Under the pieces are notes generated by a model that made no database searches, had not been told where the DNA came from, and worked only from the letters and a program-made list of their open reading frames with translations. The translations under genes were made by a program, and so were the position numbers. Below, piece by piece: positions 47,721-55,158 of a stretch of 64,000 bases of DNA; the first letter of the stretch is position 1, and the number at the start of each line of letters is the position of its first letter. This DNA is from a virus (Duplodnaviria > Caudoviricetes), in the IMG/VR virus record IMGVR_UViG_3300021431_000086, positions 1 to 64,000 of that record. One strand, written 5' to 3'.

Positions 47721-47757
47721 TGCCCTTGACCGCGAGGCCCGGAATACCGATATTGCA
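47720..47757 (+). promoter_or_regulatory. Late-promoter motif (TTGCCCTTG-N20-GATATTGCA)
   Basis: Upstream of the adaptor gene. Confidence 0.65.
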
Positions 47758-47774
47758 GACAAAACATAACGACT

Positions 47775-49040
47775 ATGCTGATTACCACACAAAACGAGAT
47801 TATCAGTCTGATGCCAACGGCACGGTGGGACAGGCCGCAACAACTCTTCGGGTATATCGAGGAGGAAGAGGCGGTGGCGTTGGTGCCGCTGTTAGGCGAC
47901 GGGTTGTACCAGCACTTGCTCACGGAGTACGACAGGCTTCGCAGTAAATATACGGACATTACGGCCACGACCGTGCGGCCCACGGGCAAAGCGAGACAAG
48001 ACCCTCAGTTGGCTCATGCCGATGTGACGGAACGCTTAGAGCAAATTCAGCAGGGCCGCTACCGAGAGACGTATGAGGGTGCTGCCGAGGGCGAACAGAA
48101 GGTGTCCGACGAGGATATGCTGACAATACGGCTTATCCGCATCTGCCAGCAGATTGAGTTTTACAAGATGCTCTCGCACAAGGCAGGAATGCTGACAGTG
48201 AACTTCAACGAGGGCGGCGGCATGAACATGGTTTCCGCCGACGGCTACGAGTCTGCCGACGAGAAGAGGATGGAGAGAGTGGTAAAGGATGCCTACATGA
48301 GTGCCGGACGGGCGGTCGATTCGCTGCTGCTGTTTCTGGAAGCGGACGCGAAGGGGACAAAGCAGTTCACGGAACTGTGGAGCGAGGCGGATGCTTTCTA
48401 CCTGCACAAGGGCTTGCTCTTCCAGACGGCACGGGTGCTGAACGAATACTTAGACATTAAAGGGGAGCGGATGGCGTATGTGCAGTTGGTGAGGGATATT
48501 CGCTTCTGTCAGGACACGTACTTGAAGCCGAGGGTGGGAGCAAAACTGCTGAAGGCGGTGGTGGAGTGGGCGAATCTCGGCGGCGAAACCGCCGAGCAAA
48601 GTGGCAGCGGCGATGGTTCGGTGCTCAGCGATTCCGTCGCTGAGGAGTTGCTGAGTCTCTTGCGCACAGCCCTGGCTTTCTATGTGGAGAGCCGACGGAC
48701 GACTATTACGCAGACAGCCCTGCTTACAGGTTCCGGGACATACGCTACCGCCAGTTCGCAGAAGGATATGAAACTGGCCCGGCGCGACAGCATGACGGAC
48801 GCGCAGCAGGCGATGGCGATGGCGTGTCAGTTCATCGAGGAGAACCTGGACGCGCTGGGCGAGGCAGCCGTGGGTACACCTATATATAATAACGTGCGTG
48901 CGCGTGAAGAACAGGAGGCGAAGGACAAGGCTTGTGCCTGTGCAGCAGAAGCACGGAGACGGAAAGAGGCGTGCAGGCAACGGAATAGGAAACTGTTCAC
49001 GGCTTTTCCGATGACGCACCGAACCACGGAGCACAATTAG
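47775..49040 (+). CDS. Putative head-tail adaptor (DUF6712-like)
   Basis: Two repeats of LVPLLGDGLY / YLKPRVGAKLL, plus AVDSLLLFLE. Confidence 0.6.
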   Translation: MLITTQNEIISLMPTARWDRPQQLFGYIEEEEAVALVPLLGDGLYQHLLTEYDRLRSKYTDITATTVRPTGKARQDPQLAHADVTERLEQIQQGRYRETYEGAAEGEQKVSDEDMLTIRLIRICQQIEFYKMLSHKAGMLTVNFNEGGGMNMVSADGYESADEKRMERVVKDAYMSAGRAVDSLLLFLEADAKGTKQFTELWSEADAFYLHKGLLFQTARVLNEYLDIKGERMAYVQLVRDIRFCQDTYLKPRVGAKLLKAVVEWANLGGETAEQSGSGDGSVLSDSVAEELLSLLRTALAFYVESRRTTITQTALLTGSGTYATASSQKDMKLARRDSMTDAQQAMAMACQFIEENLDALGEAAVGTPIYNNVRAREEQEAKDKACACAAEARRRKEACRQRNRKLFTAFPMTHRTTEHN

Positions 49041-49105
49041 TTTTAACCACGAATTGCACGAATATAAGAAACTCAGATTTTTCACTCTTCACTTGCGAAG
49101 CACGT

Positions 49106-49143
49106 TTGCCCTTGACCCACGGCGCAACGGATTATAAATTGCG
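49106..49143 (+). promoter_or_regulatory. Late-promoter motif (TTGCCCTTG-N20-TAAATTGCG)
   Basis: Upstream of the head protease. Confidence 0.7.
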
Positions 49144-49171
49144 GAAAAACAACACAAACACTGACAAGAAT

Positions 49172-50956
49172 ATGATTTCAAGAACGTATTTCACCGAAAC
49201 CTTCTACGACCTGGAGGTAGGCATCGCGCAGCGATTTGCCGAAGCCATCCGTGCCGCGTGGCTGACGGGCAAGGACTTCGAGGGAGAGAAGAAGCAAGGT
49301 TTCTTCCTCTCGCTGAAGGGGAGCAAGTCGGCTAAGGGAGGGTTTCAGGATAAACTCTATGTGGGCAATATCCACAGGATTGAGAATCATCTGTACTGGC
49401 GCGACGAGGAACTGGCTGACGACGACGAAATTGTGAACGTGGTGGCCATCGACGGACCGGTGACGCGCGACGGCGACGGATGCTCGTATGGCTCGAAAGA
49501 CCATCGCGACCAGATTATGTATGCCAACACCATTCCGCAGGTGAAGGGACACATCTTCATCATCAACACGCCGGGCGGTGCTGCTTCGGCCCGCATCGAC
49601 TACGAACAGGCAATTGCCGACTGCCGCGAGAAGGGGAAACCGACTGTGGCGTGGGTGGATGGCATATGTTGTTCGGCGGGTCAGTTGGTGGCTGCGCTGT
49701 GCGACCGAACTATCGTGATGAACGGGCGCAACACGATGGGATGTATTGGCACAATGTGCGCCTTCTGGGGCGTGCCGCACAACACAGTGGATCAGGACGG
49801 CTACCGCTACATCGAACTGGTGAGCGTGACCTCGCCCGACAAGAATGCAGAATACCGCGAGGCGGTAGATGGCAAGACGGAGAAACTGCAAGCCGAACTG
49901 GACAGGCTGGGCGAGGAGTTCCGCGAAACGGTGCGCCAGAACCGGCCGCTTGTGAAGGAGGAACACCTGACGGGCAAGACCTTCGATGCCGACGAGGTGA
50001 TGGGTGCGCTGGTGGATGAAGTGGGCGACTACAACCGCGCCATCCAAGCCGTGTTCGACCTGGCGGGCGGAAGCCTGAAGACAGCCAGAGAAGCAACCGT
50101 CATTGACGAACCTACAGAAGGCGGAGAGCCCGAAGAGCAGCAAGACATGGCGACGCTGAGTGAACAGCAGAAAGGAGCCGTCGCTGCCAATGCCGGAGCC
50201 ACGGTCATTGTCGATAAAGGACACGTGAAGAAAAGCGTGGACTCCATATTTGGTCCGGAAACAGTTGAAATCGGAAACACCACCCCAAACAATACCGCTA
50301 TGACAGAACAAGAGAAGAAGGCCGCTGAGGTTGCCGAGCAGCCAGCAGCCCAGCAGGAGGAACAGGCTCCTGCAACGGAACAGCCTGCCGAGGAAGCACC
50401 CGTGACTGAAGCACCCGCTGTCGAAGAGAAACCCGCTGAGGAGGAAACTCCGGTGCAGGGGGAAGCCCCCGCACAGGAGGAATCCGCAGGACAGGCGGAA
50501 GCACTGGCCGCTGCCGAAGCACTCATTGCCGAGCGCGACAAGGAGATTGCCACGCTGAAGGAAAACCTCGCCACACTGGAAGGCATCAAGGACGAGCGCG
50601 ACCAGGCCAACGCCACCATCGCTGAGCGTGAGGCCACCATCGAGACCGTCAACGCTGCCATCGAGGAAGGCAAGGCCACCATCGCGGAGCGCGACAAGAC
50701 GATTGCCGAGCACGTCGCCACCATCGCCGCCAAGGACGCAGCCCTCGCCGAGAAGGATTCGCTCATCGAGAAACTGACAAAGCAGGCAGCCGAACTGAAG
50801 GCCGAGGTGAAGGAACTCAGTGAGAAACCCGCTCCGATGGTCAATGCACAGGCCGGCGTTCCTGCAGACAACGGCACGGGCGAAGCTCCGAAGCAGAAGC
50901 AGCGCATCAAGAGCGGCATGACCTACAAGGAAATCCGCGCTATGCAGAAGAAATAG
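49172..50956 (+). CDS. S49-family prohead protease with a C-terminal scaffold-like coiled coil
   Basis: IDGPVTR, INTPGG, DGICCSAG, GCIG and SPDKN; ATIAER heptads. Confidence 0.88.
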   Translation: MISRTYFTETFYDLEVGIAQRFAEAIRAAWLTGKDFEGEKKQGFFLSLKGSKSAKGGFQDKLYVGNIHRIENHLYWRDEELADDDEIVNVVAIDGPVTRDGDGCSYGSKDHRDQIMYANTIPQVKGHIFIINTPGGAASARIDYEQAIADCREKGKPTVAWVDGICCSAGQLVAALCDRTIVMNGRNTMGCIGTMCAFWGVPHNTVDQDGYRYIELVSVTSPDKNAEYREAVDGKTEKLQAELDRLGEEFRETVRQNRPLVKEEHLTGKTFDADEVMGALVDEVGDYNRAIQAVFDLAGGSLKTAREATVIDEPTEGGEPEEQQDMATLSEQQKGAVAANAGATVIVDKGHVKKSVDSIFGPETVEIGNTTPNNTAMTEQEKKAAEVAEQPAAQQEEQAPATEQPAEEAPVTEAPAVEEKPAEEETPVQGEAPAQEESAGQAEALAAAEALIAERDKEIATLKENLATLEGIKDERDQANATIAEREATIETVNAAIEEGKATIAERDKTIAEHVATIAAKDAALAEKDSLIEKLTKQAAELKAEVKELSEKPAPMVNAQAGVPADNGTGEAPKQKQRIKSGMTYKEIRAMQKK

Positions 50957-51011
50957 CAGGCTCTCCCCCGGCCCCTCCCGTAAAGGGCGGGGGAGTAGTT
51001 GCCTCTGCTAC

Positions 51012-51050
51012 TTGCCCTTGACCCAAGAAGGCACTATCAGTATCTTCGCA
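51012..51050 (+). promoter_or_regulatory. Late-promoter motif (TTGCCCTTG-N20-TATCTTCGCA)
   Basis: Upstream of the capsid gene. Confidence 0.7.
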
Positions 51051-51157
51051 GTATCAGAGTTTTCGGAGTATTCCGAGTAATCAGAGGACTCCGAATAATC
51101 AGAAAGAAACACACGACACAAACACAAGTATTCACCCCTTAACACACAAACACAATT

Positions 51158-52585
51158 ATGGCTTACGCACTTTCTGTAGCACAGATCACTTCCGTCAAGG
51201 AACAGATCCACCCCGAGCTGGTAGCCAAGGCCTACCTGCTCACCGACTCCATGTTTGAGGACCTGGGCGTGAAGGTGACAACCGATGTGGAGAACATCGA
51301 CACCTGTTACCTCTTCAACCGCAAGGGTCTTCAGGCCCGCCCCTACGTCGTCGGCAACGTGAAGGACAGCGAACTGGGCAAGTTCGTTGACAACCCCGCC
51401 AAGGTGGAGAAGATTTATCTCCACACTGCCGACTCCATCGAGCGTTATACTGAGAAGGGACCCTTCGATGTGACTAACGTAGCCGAGAGCGCAGAGCACA
51501 CCACCTTCCTGCTGAACGAACTTTCGGGTCGCCTCGCCGAGGACACCCGTGCCAACTTCTTCTTCGGCAGCCTCGCCAACCGCAAGTTGGAGGAGAGTCA
51601 GGAGAACGCTGTAAGGAACGGCCTCGCCCTTTTCGATGGTGTCTATACCATCATCGCCAAGCGCCGTACCGACGGCACCATCAGCAAGCAGAACGGCAAC
51701 CTCATTGAGACTGGCGACATCGCCGGACTGGAGGCTGACCAGGTTTACGAACTGCTCACAACCTTCTACGGCGGCCTTTCCGCTGCGCTGAAGAAACCTG
51801 AGCGGACAATCTTCATCTACGCCTCTGACGAGTTCTGCCGCAAGGCCGTGAAGGGCTACATGCTCACCTATCCACAGATTGCTCCCACCGTGCTGCAGGC
51901 CGGCTGGAAGTTCGCCGAAATGCCTAACGTGGTGCTGAAGACCAACTCCGCTATGGGTAAGGGCGGACAGCTCATCGCAACCCTGGAGGGGAACATCGAG
52001 TTCCTGTGTGACAACCGCGAGAATGCCGCACTCATCAGCATCGGCCAGGTGAACAAGGACCTCCGCGTCTTCGACTACCAGGCCAACGGTCGTGCCACTG
52101 TCCGCATCCGCGACTTCAGTCCGGAGGTGTTCGCAACCAACGATGCCGTGAACACCTACACCGATCTGCCTGTAGGCGACTACATCGCCAACATCTTCAC
52201 CGCAACAAGCGCGAACGAGAAGATGGGCACGGTGGCTATCACCAGCGGACAGAAGGACCTCTACGACGAGGGCGATGTCATCACCGTGAAGGCCACTCCG
52301 AAGACGGGCTACGTCTTCATCGGCTGGAGCGACGGTGGCAAGACAGAAACCTACAACTACACCTTCACGGGTGGCGTTGTTGACCTGCAGGCCCGCTTCA
52401 CCGAGGAAGTGCCTGAGAACGGCAACGAAGGTGGCGGCAGCGCCGAGACTCCCACCTACACAGCCGTAGAGAACCCCTCTGGCAACCCCGCTGAGCAGGG
52501 CTGGTATGAGAAGAGCGGCGACGTGTATTCTCTGACTGAGGACACCGAGGTAGAGTCTGGCAAGACCTACTACGAGAAGGACTAA
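51158..52585 (+). CDS. Major capsid protein with a C-terminal InlB-B-like repeat and a small terminal domain
   Basis: Follows the protease; ALFDG and GNLI motifs; strong codon bias; C-terminal TVKATPKTGYVFIGWSDG. Confidence 0.75.
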   Translation: MAYALSVAQITSVKEQIHPELVAKAYLLTDSMFEDLGVKVTTDVENIDTCYLFNRKGLQARPYVVGNVKDSELGKFVDNPAKVEKIYLHTADSIERYTEKGPFDVTNVAESAEHTTFLLNELSGRLAEDTRANFFFGSLANRKLEESQENAVRNGLALFDGVYTIIAKRRTDGTISKQNGNLIETGDIAGLEADQVYELLTTFYGGLSAALKKPERTIFIYASDEFCRKAVKGYMLTYPQIAPTVLQAGWKFAEMPNVVLKTNSAMGKGGQLIATLEGNIEFLCDNRENAALISIGQVNKDLRVFDYQANGRATVRIRDFSPEVFATNDAVNTYTDLPVGDYIANIFTATSANEKMGTVAITSGQKDLYDEGDVITVKATPKTGYVFIGWSDGGKTETYNYTFTGGVVDLQARFTEEVPENGNEGGGSAETPTYTAVENPSGNPAEQGWYEKSGDVYSLTEDTEVESGKTYYEKD

Positions 52586-52717
52586 GCGCTATCGGAGGTG
52601 CGCGGCGGCTGGGTCCATATCGCCGCCTGGCCGCCGCCCTCTGATTTGAGGTTGCGACCGAATCGCAACAAACGAAAAAACAGTCACAACACTAACACAA
52701 ATAACACACAAACAGAT

Positions 52718-53335
52718 ATGGCTTGCATTCTTAAAAACGTAATCTCCTCGGCAGCAGGCTGCAAGGAGAACCCAGCAGGTCTTTCCAACTACTGCATGGT
52801 AGTGCCACTGGATAGCGACCACATCACCACCATCGGTGTGAACGATGCCAAGAACCAGTACGTCATCACACCTGCTGGCGGAACTACAGGAACACCTGCA
52901 ACCGCTCTGAAAGGATTCCGCATCGAGTTCAAGGGCCAGACTGGTCAAGTAACTTCTGAGGACAACGGCGGCGGCAAGGGCTGGACAGTCACCGGCACTG
53001 GCCGCGTGGAGAAGAACACCGACGACATGGCCTACGTCGGCCGCATTCTGAGCAACATGGACGGTAAGTACCTCGTATTCTTCCCGACCGGCAACATCGC
53101 CGAGGATGGTGCTGAATGGCTCGTCGTCGGTAACCCCTTCGGCGACTCCGAGTTCACCGTCACGAGTGACACAGGTGCGGCACGCGGTGACGACCACGGA
53201 CAGACCTTCCAAGTAGTGAACAGTTACCAGCTCTATCCAGAGGTGAAATGGTACGGAACCATCACCAAGGAGGCCGATCCAGAATCTGCTGCGCTTGTTG
53301 ACGACACCAGCGACAACATTACCATCACGGACTAA
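52718..53335 (+). CDS. Major tail tube protein (putative)
   Basis: CKENPAGL, VVGNP and SDTGAARGDDHG; high-expression codon usage. Confidence 0.7.
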   Translation: MACILKNVISSAAGCKENPAGLSNYCMVVPLDSDHITTIGVNDAKNQYVITPAGGTTGTPATALKGFRIEFKGQTGQVTSEDNGGGKGWTVTGTGRVEKNTDDMAYVGRILSNMDGKYLVFFPTGNIAEDGAEWLVVGNPFGDSEFTVTSDTGAARGDDHGQTFQVVNSYQLYPEVKWYGTITKEADPESAALVDDTSDNITITD

Positions 53336-53357
53336 GCGATTGGTCTGTACACATAGC

Positions 53358-53392
53358 GAAGCCCAGGCACACACAGCGGCCTGGGCTTTGTT
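53358..53392 (+). terminator. Terminator after the tail tube gene
   Basis: AAGCCCAGGC/GCCTGGGCTT followed by TGTT. Confidence 0.7.
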
Positions 53393-53436
53393 GATTTATA
53401 ATTTTTAATTCACAATTCATAATTCACGATTGAACA

Positions 53437-53952
53437 ATGCACTTGATTGAACCTTGCTGCACACCGAAACACCTGCTGGCTTTGCGCCATATCCTCGGTG
53501 AGAGCGGCACGACGCTATGGCACGGCTATGGCGACCTCTCTCTTGCCGAACTGCTGCCGCCGCTGCTGACGCGCTACAGCGAAGTGGAGATGCTGATGGT
53601 GACACCCTCGCTTCCCGATGCCGCCGCTGCGGTGGTGCGCAGGATGATGGAACAACAATACCCTACGCGTGACGGGAAGGGCATACTGAACACCATCCGT
53701 CACCTCATGCTCGTCTGCGACTGCTCGGAGAAGCGATCGCCTCTGGCATCAACATGGTTGAAGAAGAACCCTTTTCCCGACCGCCTGACACTGAAAAACG
53801 TCCAGCAAAACGACACGGCCATTATTCTGCCCGACATTGCGCTATGTGGGCCCATCAACCTGACCTATGGCGGTCATTTCACGGCAATGGCCACAAAAAA
53901 TACGAGGACAATAACTTCCTTGCGCTCGACATTCAGCAGACTTCCAAAATGA
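53437..53952 (+). CDS. Hypothetical protein (possibly a degenerate PLD-like fold)
   Basis: ORF with GPINLT near the C-terminus but no HxK motif. Confidence 0.55.
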   Translation: MHLIEPCCTPKHLLALRHILGESGTTLWHGYGDLSLAELLPPLLTRYSEVEMLMVTPSLPDAAAAVVRRMMEQQYPTRDGKGILNTIRHLMLVCDCSEKRSPLASTWLKKNPFPDRLTLKNVQQNDTAIILPDIALCGPINLTYGGHFTAMATKNTRTITSLRSTFSRLPK

Positions 53953-53995
53953 ATCCAGTGCCATCACACGGTAGTTATTGCCCTCTTTGCGTTCA

Positions 53996-54089
53996 TTACA
54001 TACTTGCCTTGCATGAGCAGCACAGCAGGGCAATGATAATTACGCACAACACTGTAAACAGCAGTCCTTTCTTGTCTCCTTTTTTCATC
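53996..54089 (-). pseudogene. Truncated lipoprotein (spanin-like) N-terminus
   Basis: MKKGDKKGLLFTVLCVIIIALLCCSCKASM*; the stop falls four residues after the lipobox Cys. Confidence 0.4.
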
Positions 54090-54092
54090 TTC

Positions 54093-54527
54093 CTACTTGT
54101 ATAAGTATAGAACCTGATTCTTCTTCGTGGCCATCGGAAGACTGACATGAATCCATGAAGGCTCATCCACATTACCGTATTCCCAAATAAGTTGGCCCAC
54201 GACAATTTTCTTCTCACGAATAAGGCGGAGAATAAGGCGGAATAGATATGCCTTGCTTGTATGCGTACACTTGATGTCTGCGGCGCAGCCTGTAAGGTGC
54301 TGGCTTGTCTTTGACCCGTTAACGGCCTTATTCAATGCAGCGCAACGATAGCCCGATGTTACCTTGATGGGATGCCCATAGGCATTGCGTATGGGTTGCA
54401 ACACCTTCTTCGCGAGCATCTGTAGGTTCTGCTGTACAATAGGCGAGGGATAGTTGTCAATGCCCTTCCTCGCTGCCGTGCTGGAGGCGTACAATTCCTC
54501 CAATGTAAAATTTTCAGAAAGTTTCAT
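54093..54527 (-). CDS. Peptidase M15 (Zn D-Ala-D-Ala type) endolysin
   Basis: LSENFTLEE, VTSGYRC, SQHLTGCAADI and WIHVS. Confidence 0.92.
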   Translation of the reverse strand: MKLSENFTLEELYASSTAARKGIDNYPSPIVQQNLQMLAKKVLQPIRNAYGHPIKVTSGYRCAALNKAVNGSKTSQHLTGCAADIKCTHTSKAYLFRLILRLIREKKIVVGQLIWEYGNVDEPSWIHVSLPMATKKNQVLYLYK

Positions 54528-54530
54528 TGC

Positions 54531-54626
54531 CTATTTCTTTTTTTTATTGAATTTCCACTCCGAACATACAAACCGCCCGAATATGACGGCGGCGTATATT
54601 ATTAACAATAGTAAAACAGCTTTCAT
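54531..54626 (-). CDS. 31-aa membrane peptide
   Basis: MKAVLLLLIIYAAVIFGRFVCSEWKFNKKKK*. Confidence 0.4.
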   Translation of the reverse strand: MKAVLLLLIIYAAVIFGRFVCSEWKFNKKKK

Positions 54627-54660
54627 AATTCTTTCTATGCTTGACTTACCGTTTCACTAT

Positions 54661-54885
54661 TCACTTCATAATAAGATACAGAACCAGCGCATTGACCACT
54701 GCCCCGGCACCAGAGCATAGGGAGTACCTGTAGAGGTCGTCAGCCTCTATCTGAAACCCACCTTTCTTGCTCTGCCACTGCTCCCTCAGGGCCATGACCA
54801 TCATACCAAGGCCACTGAACAACACTCCCAACACAAAGGCAAGCACCATACCCACCTTGTTCCTTAAATCACGATTGTACTTCAT
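54661..54885 (-). CDS. Small membrane protein, holin candidate
   Basis: Two TM segments, upstream of the endolysin. Confidence 0.5.
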   Translation of the reverse strand: MKYNRDLRNKVGMVLAFVLGVLFSGLGMMVMALREQWQSKKGGFQIEADDLYRYSLCSGAGAVVNALVLYLIMK

Positions 54886-55147
54886 TGTCTTCAATATTTT
54901 CAAATTCGACATATTCTTCATTATCTTCACTTTCTTCCTCTGGGCAGTACCCCTCTGGAATGTCAATCTCTTCAAAGTCCTCTGGAACGTCCTTGTGAGG
55001 CTCATCGAGTTTAACACCATCAATGTAGTAGGAGTAGCCAAGTGCTATCTCCTCCCCAAAGATTTCTTCCGTTCCCTTTCTCCTGAACACCTTGCCTTCA
55101 TCTGCCTTGATTAAGGTGTAGTCATAAGTTATTGTGTCTATTGTCAT
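54869..55147 (-). CDS. Small tail-fibre-associated protein
   Basis: LIKADEGKVF...IALG...PEDFEEID, typical downstream of LRR tail genes. Confidence 0.65.
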   Translation of the reverse strand: MTIDTITYDYTLIKADEGKVFRRKGTEEIFGEEIALGYSYYIDGVKLDEPHKDVPEDFEEIDIPEGYCPEEESEDNEEYVEFENIEDNEVQS

Positions 55148-55158
55148 AGTTATATGAA

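Noticed and set aside
40002-51499. Numerous long antisense ORFs opposite the tape measure, adaptor and protease genes
   Set aside because: These are expected shadows of GC-rich codon bias and show no protein-like motifs.
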